From assembly GCA_905178155.1 (NCBI GenBank), contig CAJINV010000021.1, positions 669,530 to 733,529 of the forward strand: 64,000 nt of DNA, in the 5' to 3' direction. This document shows positions 1 through 13,793 of this stretch, piece after piece; position 1 is the stretch's first letter; each line of letters opens with the position of its first letter. The position numbers were made by a program, and so were the translations under genes. The notes beneath the pieces are model-generated. The model saw nothing but the letters and a program-made list of their open reading frames with translations, searched no databases and was not told the origin of the DNA. The DNA comes from Amoebophrya sp. A120 (Eukaryota; Protista; Dinoflagellata).

Positions 1-1763
1 CATCAAATATTTTTTGCGAAAACGGTAAGGATCGTAGATACTCCATCGAAAACAAATGTATGGAAGGCGCAAAAAGTTGTGAAAAAAACACAGTTTCAAT
101 CGTCGATTGTGGCTACTCTTTTGTGTCTTTTCGATCGTTTGTGAGTGAAGATTTTCCTACTTTTGGTCGTGACGAAAGATATTTTTTCCGATTCCGGTAT
201 TCAGTGTAACAACAACTTTCTTTGTGGTGAACTACAAAAAGTGCCGCCACACGGAACAGATGTGCTACTGATAAACAGATCACAGAGGAGTGGTCGCGCG
301 CTCCACGTACGGCAGAAAAGAAGACTTTTGTTGAGAAAAAATCAAACACAAACAAGATGTCAACAGTGTCGATTAGAAGATAAAGTGCCGGATTTTCTAT
401 ACCTCTTTTGATATTTTTATCGATACGATAGTGATAGAAATCGCATAGACGACTCACGTAAAATTTAAAAACTTTTCACAGTTTGATAAGTAGTGAAGTC
501 CCTCTGGACTGATTACTTACAATTAGTCGCTGTATTCATTGTCGTTCATGCCACGCGAGCTCGTCTCGGTTCCTAATATGTTTATTTTTGTGAAACATTC
601 AATACCCTCCGTGCTGCCTTGGTAGGTAGAGATAATTGCCACCTGTACAGCGCCACTGTACAGGCTTCATGGGCACCACTCATGGAACATAGTCGCACGC
701 GCAGTCTTGACAATACCCTACTCATACTAGTGAAAGTAGTCCTCGGATCGTCTCTATCTTCGCGAGCCCATACCGGTACCAGCAATGGAAAAAATCTTCT
801 TCTCGTCATGCTCATACAAAGATAGAGGTATGTGACTGCAAGAACTATCGCTTGAATATTGAGATCATGTTCATGATCGCGCCGCTTCAAATCATGAAAA
901 CAATTAACGTTGAGGATTGACTTTCCTGACAGCTGGCTTGCTGGAGAAAAAAAGTGCAGACCACTTTCAGACGTTTACCTCTACGAAACCACTTGAATGA
1001 AGGATCCTGACTTCTGTATGCTTCCTAGATTGAACAACAAGAATCTTGTGGAGAGAAAAGCAAGAAAAAAATATGCCACAGCAACAACAAACAGTGATAC
1101 TTGTTATGAGCACCGCCCAGGTGTTCGTGTTACTACATCCGGGGCACCGCAGCTCCTTCTAATTTTGCAGGTGTTCAAGCATTATTGATTTTGCTTTCGT
1201 CGTGACTTTCGATACATAGTACAAGTTGATGATGTCGTGACGCGTTTCATTTTCTACTCACCACTGCTGGGTAGCACGACAGTGGTCTGGTTCTTAATAA
1301 CCATGTACATATTCGTATTATAGTGTTCTGTTTGTCTGTCAAGTCGTTTTGTTCTTCTTTCCGAGGTTATGTTGAAATTCCAATTTCTATCTTGCCAGGC
1401 CGTTGCCGGCTTGCTAAGCCACCACGAACTGCTTAGAAGTTCATTTTGTTTGGAAAAATAAAAATTCAAACAGGTCGAAGTCGAAATCTGATGAAAAGTT
1501 ACTTACATTGATTTGGCCATCGTACAACAGAAAAATCCTACTTAATTCATTGTGACGAGAAAGTAGCGAGAAACATACTTACTTGAAAATTCTTTTTCAT
1601 CTCGTTGACCGTCTATCTTGCGATATTTGCACCATGACACAACTCCCCTCTACACGTGCAGGCGCTTTTCTATTGGAAACAAAAAGTATGAAACCACAAG
1701 AAATAAATGTTCCGCCCTCCTCGTCGCTGCAATGATTTGATGAAGCAGAAGCGCAGAGCGGAT

Positions 1764-4700
1764 TCAACTAAAATCGTAGCTGCTGAACCCCACGCCTCGT
1801 TGAGGTCGTTCCTGCTCCAGCACAACGGGAAGAACTGCTGCGACATCTTCAATCCCGGTAGTAGTTGCTGCACCCCCGCTAGCACCAGCTGCAGAACTTG
1901 TTCCGCCGCCGTAAGTATGCACCAGATCCGGCTGCGGCACGAGCCTCGGGGCGAAAAATTCCTCTTCCCCAACAACCGACGTTCCCTCGCGTTTCCGGAC
2001 TTGCAGCAGCAACTCCTGTTCGCTCTCGCGGTTACTGTACCACTTCCGGATGGGGCTGTCGCTTCCGTGGTCGTTGCCAATCCCATGCTGCTGACCAGGA
2101 CAAGAACTTTCGTCTGAGCTGGTTCTCGTGCGCGCAGCCCCCTCGGTGGTCCTCTTCGTCACGCCGGGACTGAGGAGCGTGTGCTGCGGAACGTGTGCAG
2201 CTCTGTTCGAACTTGAAGCTGCTACTTCGCCAGAGTTTGATCCTTCATTCCGGTGCTCAAATGGTTCAGCTTCGTCGTTGCATATGCCACGATCTGCGCC
2301 GTCCACGTTGAAGAGAGCTACGTGGTCGTCCACCATAACCGCCGGCGCTGGTGTGTAGAAGTGGTCCGCGAGCTGGTGATTCTTCGCGTTCTTGTATCCT
2401 CGTCCTACCGGTGATTCGTAGGGCAGCCGGTCCATCGGCGACTCCGCTTCATCGCTTTCTGGCGCGAAAAGGTGGGCACTGGCAGCCGTAGCGCGGGACT
2501 TGAAGTTTTCATCAGCCGCAGCTCGGGTTGCCGATGCAGAGTTGTTTTTCGGAGAAGACGACGAAATGGGTAGGGTCGAGGCGGTCAGGCCGCGCTTGAA
2601 GCCGCTGCTTTTTGGAGAAAGCTGCGTCGAGGTGTTGTTCTGGTTCAGCGCGTTCGTCATGTCCGCCTCGCTCGGGGTGGCTATCGACGTTGTCGTGGGC
2701 ACCAATGTCGGTCCGCGAGCGCTTCCGGCTCGGTTCAGCATTTTTATCTGCTGCAGCTTTTCGCCCAAGGCAGCGGTTTTCTGTGTAGTTCTAGTTTTAT
2801 TTGGGGCATTTTCGCTTGTTAGATGCGACGTTTCTTGTGTAGAATTTGCTGACTTATGGTAGAAGCTGCTGCCATGATCCGTTGCAGAAGACGGCCGGCT
2901 GGTCGACGACGCCACGAGACTGTCATTTGCATTGACTAAATCTCCTCTTCCGGATCCGGCAACAACTGTCGTTCTGCTAGTTTTCCCGTCAGCGACATCC
3001 GAAAAAATCTGTCGCCAAACCACACTGTCCTTCTTCTTTCCAGTAGACGGAGCCGTGTCGGTCGTCGCTGGTGCTACGGGAAGTAGAACGGGCTCACGGC
3101 CTACAATTTCATCGGGCTTCTTCTCCTCCAGAACCAGCCTACTTGGCTTTGTGTTCATGGCCTTTTTATTCCTCGCCGCTGTCCCGTTTGTAGAAGTAGC
3201 TTCGGCCACCGTAGTTGCGCTCACCGTCCGCGGATCCGCAACAACCACAACCCCACGGCCAGTTTGCTGCGGAGCTTTCAGCCCCGCCTGCACCGTGACA
3301 CCGTCGAAGAAGTCGAGAAGCTTCTTGTCTTGCTCCTGGTGAAAGGATTTGTTGTGTTCTTCCATGTAGTACGTTTTTAATCTTTACGTGTCTCCACCTT
3401 GAGAGATTCCAATTCCATTTTGAAAGCGAGTGAACAAGGAGATGAACTCCGTACGAAATGCAATGTAGACACCTTTATCACGAACACGATCTACTCGTCG
3501 TACGGCGTGAATTAGATTTATACCTGCTCGCTAAGGCCTACTTTTCGCGCCACCATTAAATCTGCCCCAACCTTGCGTCTCTCGCGGTACTCCGCAACCC
3601 TTTTTGACGTCTGCACTAGCTTGTCTCGCGCTCGTGGTGGCGATGCCTGGCGCAAAACTGCTCTTGCTCGCTCCTTCGCAAGCTGCACGGCCAGAGAAGG
3701 GTTGGGGATCTGTATTTCAAATACTTGTTGCTTTGAGTTATTTCTCCAACTGTCCAGCACGCTGAGTCTCAAAGACACTCAGTGTCTTTGACACATCGGT
3801 GCACTTTGACACAGAATCATACGTACCCATGATCACAACAAAAAACCAACACTCTCATGCCCTTTTAGTACCAGAGTGAGATCCTTCGTGGACCCGGAGT
3901 TGTTTACCAGGTTGTCGTGGTTCTTTTGCAGTTCCTTCCAGCTGACCCGCTCTGGGATCTGCTCCAACTGAGTTGTGACCGACTGCAAAGTACGCGGCGA
4001 CACACTCCGAGCCGATCGAGTAGTTACAGCGATTGATTTCTTTCCAACATGATCCGCTGCTGGCAGTGGCACCTCCGCCGCGGCGGTGGAATAAACTTCT
4101 ACGCCTGTGTCGCCAAGAGAGCGCGTCGCCTGGACGAAGTCCGCTGCGATTCTTCCAGATTGACCCCCCGCGGCCCGTTTGTTGTTAATGTTCGTCGCTC
4201 GCTCGACGTACTTTTTGATTTTCGACAGAAGCAACGTCTCGCTCGGGGGCTCTTGCGTGGTCACCATCTTCGTAGCACCACTCGTATTTGGTTGATGGTG
4301 CTGTTCTTGTGCTGTGCTGCTCTTTGCCGACTGGAAGGAATCACTCCGGCTACCGCGGTGGGAGTGGGACCCTGAGCCCGCATGGGAAAACGGCGGATCG
4401 GTACTGCCACTGTTTACTGTGCCTAAACCATACGTGATTCCGCGTGGCGAGAACTTGGAGGCTGTTGATTTATTTGCACGGAGAGGACCTCCACGCAGCT
4501 GCTCGTCGACGCGCGGACTTCTCGACTTTCCTCTAGTCGCCGAAAACGGAGGACTTGCAGTAGCTCCAGGACTGGGGCTCGCCTTTCTGTACAAGTTCTT
4601 TGTCGAAGATGATGCAACCACTGTCGCCGTGCGCCGCGCATCACCACTCGGACTAGGTCCGCGGGCTGAATAATTCGGATTCTTTCCGCGAGCACTGTAC

Positions 4701-7700
4701 GCTCGCTTCTGCTCTGCGGGCGTGGTTCTTGATGCAGATTTATTTCGTGACATCGTTTCTGGTCCTCTAGCGCTGGAAATAACTAGTGGTGACTTGTTCC
4801 GTCCAGCACTATTCACAGCTCGCCTCGCGACAATGTCCCAGCTTGCATCGGGACGTCCGTTCTTCCCGGTGGAACTGAAAACGCCCTCGATGGCGGAAGA
4901 GATGGAAGTGTCGAGCCTGGGGCCGTACTCCTCGTTCAGTTGTTTTATCCGGGTGAGGTACTCGAGTAGTGCGCGTTTGTCAGTCTCGTCCTCGGAGGAA
5001 AGAATGCCTGAAATGCGCTCTGTAGATCCACGCGCCCCTGCACTCACGACCGCTTGGCTTGCTCTTTGAGCCGCACTTTCGCGCCGGGATTTGCTCGTGT
5101 CGCGCTTTTTAGTTGCTGGTGGTCGGGCAGCACCTTCCTCCTGGAATACACCCTGCTCGCCGTCGTGGTTCATCTCATTATTCCCGGAAACAACGTTTGC
5201 TAGCCGTCGGCTGCTCGGTCTAGCCAATTCCAGTAGTCGCTGGCTGGGCTCCCGGTTCAGTCGCACGACTTCGATCTCCTCGTCTTCCCTATAGTCATTT
5301 TTTCCACGACCGTGATGCTTTTCCGGCGAACTGCGAGCGCTGGGACTCTTTTTCAGCTTCAAACTTGCACTTCCGCCAATCGGGGACAGCTTCTCTTCGA
5401 TCGGCACCAGTGGGGCTTGTTCCGGGGGTGCCTGTGGGTATTTCAACCGCCTTTCATTGTGATCCGATTCGGCCTTCGTTGCGAAACTGTGTTCGAACCC
5501 GGTGATGCCGCAACGCTGCAGAAACTCCACGGTCTCGTGTTCTTTCGGCGGGGGAGGTATTTTTTCCTTGTGCTGCTGCTGATCCACGTGCCGTACCGCC
5601 GCCTGCCCGGGCCGTTCCAGAAACTGCGGCGAGGCGGGAAAGCTGACAATCCTGGGCGGACTGCTGTCGCGCAAGGCGTTCGGGAATCCCTCCGAGTCCG
5701 GGCACTCCTGCCGAAAGGTGCTCTCGGGTCTGATGGTGATAGTACCACGCAGGTAGGGCTATTCAAATACACATCAACCACTACTTACAACCTCTCCATG
5801 GAGCTAAACTCATGTATGGCAAGTCACGCGGCCATATCCATTTCATGCTCTGAAAAAGTACTTAGATAAGGAACTAATGATAGCAAAGCACAAAGCAAAT
5901 ACACGCGTCCCTCAATCGGCGAGTCGTCCTTCCGCGTTCGCGCATGCGCCTGCACCTCGTGACGTCGTTCCAAAGAATGCGATCGGTGAATCGCTGCGGA
6001 CTCGGTCATCCTCTCTGACAAGCCGGTCACATCTCCGTGCGGAAGATGATGGCCCCTCCTTTTCGAATTTTTCGTCGGCCGCGAAAAGTGCGGCGCCCCG
6101 GTGACCCCGCCCGGCGCGCCGATAAAATCCGTCCTGCGCCCAAGCTGGGCCGCGGTCGCGTGCGCAAAGCTGCTGGCTGCGGCCTGCGTCCGCTTCCTCG
6201 CACTCTCGGTCGGGGTGCGGTAGTGCCTCGGTTTGGAAGACGAGGACGTTGCTGGGCCTTTGTCGCTGCCCTGATTTCCAGATTTTGACGAGGTCGCGGA
6301 GATCGAGGACGGCTGCTCTACTACTCCCATAGCGTGTTTGTGCACCATGTAGTGCTTCTTATCCAGCAAACCGAGTCGCGGATGTTGATCGACGGACGCC
6401 GCCTTCTCTTTCTCCGCTGACGCTGCGATTTGGCCGCCGCGCTCCGACCGCAGTTCCCTCGTACGCGGGCGCATCGCTTGGCCTGCAGGACCGGTTCGTG
6501 CACGTGGCTGGAAGATACCAGTTGTGGTACTGGAAGATGTTGCTCCCTGCTCTCTCTGGACAGTTTTGTCGAAAATCCGTGCAAGGTCCTCCTCCTTGTC
6601 GTTTTCTTTTCTTGCAGAAAAATCGCTCGTCCTGTTCGACGAGCGGACCGGGGGACCACTACCCGCAGGAAGAGTTGTACCTCCTCCCTGCTTCTTCATC
6701 ATCTCATCTATTTCCTCCTGGGTCCGCCGCTTGATCTTGCTACTACCCGGGACTTGGACCATGTAGCCCGCTTCAATCGGCGACGAAAAGCTGTCGAACC
6801 GTCGCTGTTCGCTTGTGGACGAGTAAAACAACGGTAGCTGTTGATGAGTTGCAATTCCTGCCCCATGCGAAGACGAGCTCTGCGACGCCATACCGGACGA
6901 ACAAGGAAGTCTCACACTTCCTTCTTCGTCTGTGGAGTGCGAATGCGAAGAAGCCGAGCTGGTGCGCCACGGCTCGAGAATCTTTTCCACCAGGCTGCGC
7001 TCCTCCTCTGCCTGCTCCACCTCGGCAACCAGTTCCTTCAGGCGTGCGGCCCGAGACTTCAACTCCTGCAATTTGTCCGCACGAGGGTCGCCGCGATTTG
7101 CTTCTGCAGGAGTTATTTTCCCACCTTTCTCCTCCTCCTCAGCACCGTGGTAAAGCAGGTTTCTTCTCGGATCGGTTTCGCCGTCGGTCAGAGTGGAATA
7201 AGCCTGGTGGTCTTCCGGATTGTACAACCGCGCTTCATGATGTTGATGGCCTTGCACAAACGTGCTGGGTGTGTCGCGAAACAGTTTCTGACGGGTCAAG
7301 GCGCTCCCCGAGCTACTGCCGCTGCTCCGCCCCGCCTGCATGTTGTCACGGTAGGAAGAACTGCCTGGAAGATTTTGTTTACCGCCCTGTTGCTCCACCG
7401 GGGTGGTCAATGCCACTGGAAGATGTGCAGAAGCAGAAGCCCCACCACCCCCAGTCGTGGAACAAAATGCAGATGGCGGCGGTGCTAGCAATCCGCGTCT
7501 ATCGTCCGCGAGAGTAGTGGCCCTCTCCTCGCGCTCCATCGGAAACGGGGGTGGACGGATAGTCTCGCTGACGCTTTGAAACTGCCGCCACGTGGCCGCT
7601 CCCCCAGTTGCACTCGCACTCGCCGCGTCCTCGTTGTCCCCCTCCTCAATTTGCGGTAGGGTTTTCTGAGAGGAGGACAGCCGCGTCCGCTCCTGGTGGT

Positions 7701-8541
7701 CGAGGGAAAGCGCAGGCGCGGTTGCGACAGACCCGGCAGCATGATGCGCAGGTTGTTGTACCGCAGCCGCAGCTGCGACTGGTGGAGATGGTGCACCAAC
7801 CGTGGTTGCTGGTGGGTACCGGGAGACGGTCGTCGTAGTTGGTGGTGGAACCGCACGTGGAACTACCATGCCACCAGTACCAGCTATGCTGGACGTCGAC
7901 GAAGAGGACGCAGAGTCCCTCGAGTTGCTGCCGTTTAATATTGCGCTCTTGTTGGCACTGCTGGCTACCAAGCTAGCACTGTTCGGTGGTGGCACTGGTT
8001 TGATTCCAACGTATTGGTAGTGGACTATCGGTCTTGATTCCGGTGGAGGAGCGGAGGCAGAGGCAGACGCTACTACGGAAAAAGGAGCTGCCGTTGCACT
8101 ACGTTGTGCGACTCCGGGTGGCTGCGCCGCCAGGCCGAGGCCTCCGTGGTACGAAGTAACCGTCGAAGTCACCGGATGTTGAGTTGTTCCAACTACGTGC
8201 TGCGCGGCTGGTGCCGTTCCTTTCATCGTGGACTGCAACACAGAAGCGTGGCCTGTTGTAGATACCATCGCCGGGTGAGAATACACCACTCCAGGCTGGC
8301 GAACAATCGTCCGCGTTACCAATGGCGGCGACTGCGACCGCCATCTCGTCGTCGTGGTGGTCCCAGGTGGCTGACTGGTACTAGAGGTCGCCTGCTGCAA
8401 GCCACGAGTACCGGCAACTGGGCTGAGAGACTCCAGAAAAAGCTGCGGTGGCGGTCCAAAGAGAGCTCGGGTAGAGGCGGACTTTCGGAGGTCGGGGGGC
8501 CCGGGTAGTTGGACGACGCTCAAGCTATTCAACTGGACCAT
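1764..8541 (-). CDS. Large multi-exon low-complexity (S/T/A/P-rich) hypothetical protein, ~2,100 aa
   Basis: ORFs 5824-8541, 3833-5758, 3518-3778 and 1764-3365 are co-oriented and separated by short AT-richer gaps. A phase-0 GT-AG intron at 5759-5904 joins ...IEGR|PYLRGTI... in frame. The other junctions were not resolved and no domain was recognised. Confidence 0.6.
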
Positions 8542-9013
8542 CTTCTGCTAGGTTTGAGTCTGAGCGCCGGTAGCATAGGCGATCTGAGCTGGCGCCATCC
8601 AACTATTTTTTTAAAACGTATTGAAAAAGCGCACTGTGACTCGCACACTACGCGGGGAAGAGCTCCACCGTGTCCGACTCCGTTCTGAGGCGACCTACAA
8701 AAAAATGAGAGAGCCGATCAGCACCCATGATTTCGTCTATGTCTTCTTGTTCAGACAAATGCTTCACCCACCACGCGGCCCGTCTCTCTTTTGCCTCTCT
8801 CTGCAGAATCTCTCAGTCACCCAGCCTCTCGTGGTCACCTCATCGTGGTGGCTCACATCACATTCGCGGCATCAAGGCTCCTTAGATAGAATATTTGAGC
8901 CTGATCATCGTTATCGATCCCGTCCACAACGAACTACTAGCGATGGATCACGGGCACAAGTGGCAATCTCACTTCTTACCTCTGTCCGCAGTCGGCTCTC
9001 AATTTCCGCATGC

Positions 9014-9884
9014 GCCTATCACTAGGGACGAACAGCTGAAAAGACTGCCTTAGCATGCGAGTGCCGCTCGGCCCGAAGAAAATGCGATACGAAAACGAAC
9101 GCCGGGGGGAACCCACAAACGAGGATGAGGCAAAGCTCACTAGCAAGGAGTGGCACTCATAGATGACAAGCATCGATCGGCAGTGGGTGATGGCAACACG
9201 CCGGCCACAACCAGGCTGGCAGGCAGGGCAGGCGACTGGCGGCGCGCGCCTCGCTGCCCGGAATCCCAATAGGCCATGCTGTTGCTGGCACGGCCCCATA
9301 ATTGAAGCAGGTGCGGCAAGCACGTACCTAAGCGGCGCAACGGCCGCGCCATCACCCTTGGATGCATTCACCCTGACCCGCCTGCCAACACAACAGACAA
9401 ACCGAGCAGCCGCCCGGCGCTGCGCGCGACACGCGCGGCAGCCGCTGGGCTGGGGTGGGCGGGTGGGACGCGGCCGGAGAGGCCTCGGGGCCGCCCCATG
9501 CAGCTGGGCGCCCGCCGGCGCCGCACATACTACACACCACACACGCAAACAGGCCGAAAAAAGGCGGCGGCGGCGGACAGACGTGGCGCGTGGGAAAGCG
9601 CTGCGCGTTCTGAAGCGCGCCGCCCTCGTCGAGCACAATCTTTGTACAAAATAACTCCAGGGCGGAAGTCTACCACGCCGCCGAGTGCCTGCGCTGTCCG
9701 CCCGGGGTCCCCCGATGCATGCTTCTACTAGGCCGCTCCAGCGATTTGCGCACCGAGACGACACGCCCCCGGGCCGCCGCCTATGTGTCTGCACCAAACT
9801 GCTCGCGCCCGCCACGTTACCCACTGCCGCTCAAAAATCCACCAAACGCAGCAGCTTGCTGCCCGTAGTCCGCTAGGGCTAGGC
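9014..9884. mobile_element. Possible non-autonomous GC-rich insertion
   Basis: Abrupt GC-rich intergenic block bounded by an imperfect inverted repeat (gcctatcactagggac 9014-9029 / gtccgctagggctaggc 9868-9884). No convincing TSD or protein. Confidence 0.3.
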
Positions 9885-10655
9885 CATAATGTCGCTCACA
9901 CTCAAACTACCGGCGGCAACAGCCAGACTTATTTGACTACGATTCCAATCGAAAATAAACGGATGCGTCGCTTTGGGGATATGTATCAATCTAGGCACGA
10001 ACATTTGAACAATTTCGCTCCGACGCAAGACTTCGCGCTCAATCAACAATCTTCTCACCTCCAGAAGCTGTAACGACAACGGCAGCTGACCATGTCGTGA
10101 TCTCTACCCTCGTCTCTCATCCTCTCGGCTTACTGCAGATTCTTCTTCAGCTACCTAAGCTCTCTGTCTCCTCTGCATTTTTAAATCGGTCTCCGATTCT
10201 CGTCGTCACTCTGGAAACATCCAGTGGGAAAACACAGCGAAAAACTTCTCATGCTCCGCATTCGCTTGCTGCATCACCGTCGGCGCCGCCGGCACTAATT
10301 TCCCATTTCTTTCAAACTGCGCACACAACGCACAGCCGAAAATTCCAAACTTTTGTACCAAATCGAGATCTCGTCGGTTGAGGAGGAGCTTCCTTGTACT
10401 ATTGAAGCTCTTCACCAGAAAGATTCTAAATTCTCTAGTATAGATGTGACTCGCAATTGCCAGGAGGCCGAAAGGTGTAGCAAAGGTAGGAAATAAACAG
10501 GCATAAAGGAAGTTCTACTTCTGGTGCTCTACTCTGTCAAAGCGTCTACTACAGAAATCTGTGCTTTCGCCGGAATAAACTGAACGAAGCAAGGTTTTCT
10601 TCGTTCAGAGATAAGTAATCACTTTTTCTACTTTTACCAACCTATCTATCACTAT

Positions 10656-12734
10656 TCAGCTTCTTTCCGGTTGGAACTTGGGCCAGTGGTGCTGGTAACA
10701 GCCGAGCATGTCCACCTGCGGTGTCTTCTTCCCCGCTTTTCGGTCCATCACCCGGTGCATTTGCTCCTTCTCCGCCACGGCACGGTGCGATTTGAAGGTC
10801 GGGTTGCTCTGCAGGTGCACCAGATATCGGTGCAGCTCCAGGTTCAACGGGCCCTTTCTGATTTCCACGTCAAACCACTCGCACTGCTCGTTCCAGGGCA
10901 GCGAGCGGACGAACTCCAGCGGACCGGGATCCCGCTCGCGAGGTTTGCGGGGCGGGGTGATGGTCTGGTGGATTTGATGTTGACATGAAAATGAAAACTT
11001 CAACTTGTACTAACGAAGAACATTCGGATTCCTTTCTTTGTGATCCTCTATACGAGGTATTGCTTACGTAGCGCAACAACATGAACATGATGATGATCAC
11101 TTCAACCCACAGATCATAGTAAGTACCCGCATCGCCGCCAGCTGTGCCACTTCCGCCTCCTTCCGCAATATCCGCGGCGACAGTGACGCCGCTTTGAGCC
11201 GATCCCCCGGTACTTTGCACACCCCCGAGAACTTCTCCTGCATCGCGGTGGAGGGGGTGACGGCGCGGTCCCCCCTGCCGTGCGAGGTTCCCGGGGTTAC
11301 CGCGCGCAGCGACGTCCCCGTCTTGCGTTCCGGACTGGTGGCGCGCGTTTCGGGATGGCCCGTGGTCGCGTCCAGGTTGCCAGTTTTACGTTTCTCCCCC
11401 GCTGCTGCTGCTTCTCCCGTCGCAAGTCCCTCGCTCGCGGAAGTTGAGTACCGCGGGGACTGCGCGTAATCCACGCTGTCCGGACGCTGTCCTGCTTGGG
11501 AACTGGCTGCACGTTGTTCTGGACTAGTGGTACTTCCAGCCGCAACTCCGTTCCCCACGCCCTTCGGCGGCGACCGCTGCTGGTGGTCCGTGATGGACTT
11601 CATGATATACAATGCAAAAGCATCGTACTAGTATAGATTGCATCACAAACTTCCTGAGCGCGACAAATGGAATTTCTCGTGCTGTTTCAGCTTCGGGAGG
11701 AGATTTTGGGATGCATATCTGCAATTAGTACGAGTGCGATACCTTTGCAATTCATACATGAGAGATTCCGACAACGCTTTCAACCCGGTTAATTGCTGCG
11801 CGGATTTGCTGCTCGTGATCCCCAACACGTTCCGCGGGACGCCGCGGAACTGCCCGCCGATCGCGTTTTTCCCGAACACAAATTCGTTCGCCAACGATTG
11901 CTTTCCAAACATCTGCGTTCTGGGGGAGTACGTCCCGGGTGGGGGACATGCATTGCAAATATGTCTGGGTCTGGAAGGATGCAACTTGTGATGCTAGCTT
12001 TCCAGGCCTAGAAAATCTGTATTGCATAACCAACAGAAGCAATAACCTCTTTTGTCATGTAAACGCACTTTCTCATGCGGACTGCCTATGAAAAAGCGTT
12101 CTGGAAGGTTGTCATGCTGGGCTGCACTCGGAACTGCTTCCATCATCCACATTTTAGCATCAGAAGTTTCCAGACCCAGACATTTTTGCGTTTGATAGGG
12201 GACATTCGCCAAAATCGGGGTCGTTCAGGTTGCTCACACTTGGCGTCGACACTATGCATTGCAAAAGCATCGCGCTAGTTGTAGTTCATCTAGTTCTAGT
12301 TGTAGAAACCGCATGACAAATTCTCCAACGTTGAGAATTGGGATTTGTCATGCTAGAACAGGTAGAAGGTGAGATTTTCCATGCATGCCTCCGACTACTA
12401 GTACGAGTACGATACTTTTGCACAGGATAGTTACCTCAGTTTCGCTGTTATCCGTTGTGGAAACATTCGCGGAAGATTCCGGCCGCTTCACCACGGAGAG
12501 CGGCTTCATCCCCGCGCGGCCCAGATAGCGGGTGCGGTCGTCGTGCGCGAAGACCGACGTCGTGAACTTGTTGGACCGGGTGATCTCCAATTTTGGATCG
12601 TGCGACCCGGGGCCGGGCTTCTGCTCCTTGCGGTCCGGGCGGAACCGGGGCGGGTTGACCGCTTTTCGGTCGATATCCACGTACATCCCGCTGCTGCGGG
12701 TGCTGCGAGACATCAAACTCGCCGGAGAAGCCAT
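10656..12734 (-). CDS. Sperm-tail PG-rich (STPG/SHIPPO) repeat-containing protein, probably axonemal
   Basis: After removing three introner elements the frame reads ...KPGPGSHDP...SETEVSTPSVSNLNDPDFGECPPPGTYSPR...SESLMKSITDH.... The PGPGxY/HxP-like motifs match the STPG repeat. Last exon is near 10656-11003. Confidence 0.6.
11606..11756. mobile_element. Introner/MITE, family A (TIR tgcaaaagyatcgyactcgta)
   Basis: TSD catga at 11601-11605 and 11757-11761. Imperfect TIRs at 11613-11633 / 11729-11749. Removing 156 nt restores the frame. Best junction GT...AT. Confidence 0.9.
11947..12197. mobile_element. Introner/MITE, family B (TIR tgcaaaaatgtctgggtctggaa)
   Basis: TSD gggga at 11942-11946 and 12198-12202. 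Removing 256 nt gives GECPPPGTY. No GT-AG reading at the precise junction. Confidence 0.9.
12253..12429. mobile_element. Introner/MITE, family A
   Basis: TSD gacac/gttac (2 mismatches) at 12248-12252 and 12430-12434. TIR tatgcattgcaaaagcatcg / cgatacttttgcacaggata. Removing 182 nt restores the frame. Confidence 0.85.
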
Positions 12735-13793
12735 TTTTTGGTCTTGATGTTGCGAGGTTCTTTTACTTTACTTACTCTCTGAAGATTTCGTGATTCTTAC
12801 TTCCTACCTTGTTCCGCGGAGCAGGAGGTGCTCCTTGCTGCTAATTTTCATCTTTTTCTTTCCGACCGAATACAAAAACACAACTACGTACGGCATACAA
12901 GAGTTACGCTTTTACCCTTATCGCGACGACAGTCTTTACGACGACAATGTCACTACCTAGTTGTAGTTTCGAACCAAAGTAGTACTCTCGTCTTTAGTCC
13001 TCGACACTGAAGATACTCGCTCTGGTATATACTACTCAAAGGCAAACATGACCACTCTCTTCTTCATTCACGATAACCTCGAGACGACCACGAGAATCAC
13101 TGTAGAGTGCGGAAGAAGGTGAACGTACGAGCAAAACGATCGGAGAACAACATTACGAGAGCCATCGATTGCAAGCCACTAGAATTTGATGACGCGGGAG
13201 AGCAAGCATATCGGTGAAAATAGCTGAAAGATGGTTCGTGTACATGCAGTAGGTACATCTATGCGCAACAAGCTCACTTCATGATCTGTATCGTGTTCTT
13301 CTTGGGCAAAATAAGCTTGAAGTCAAACTGTTCTATGTTGACTCGTGAGAAGTCAATCATGTTGAATGATTTGCAAAGGGAAATAAAAATGAAATCGAGC
13401 TGTTGAAAACATCCCGTATCGTGCCTGCATTTTTTTTCTTCATTCTCGTCCTCCATGCATACGGTGAATAGGTATACATTTCAAATGCAGAACGACCAAT
13501 ACAACGTCGTCGATCGCAAATCAACGACATTTTGTTCCACCACCTGAAGTAGCAGGATGCATTTTTGTGGTGTCGTTAAAACAATAGTGTGATACAATCT
13601 AAAAACCCCAATTGTTTCTGATGAGATGACAATCGCCCAAACTACTGCGATGCCTTTGATGTTCTATTTGTGAGACAATTTAAACGTTCGTTGGATAAAA
13701 TCCATTTAATGTTGAAGATGTGAATACGTAGATTGTGTGGAGGCATTTTTCCAAAAAATACCCCTCTCGAAAAAAATCTCCCCCCACGCCTGC

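Noticed and set aside
8548-8598. In-frame upstream ATG and TAG before the 8541 start, suggesting readthrough or recoding
   Set aside because: A single short instance. Other genes end at standard stops, so there is no evidence of an altered code.
9849-9876. Helitron 3' end (hairpin plus CTAG)
   Set aside because: The hairpin is only 6 bp, CTAG is not followed by T, and no matching 5' TC end was identified.
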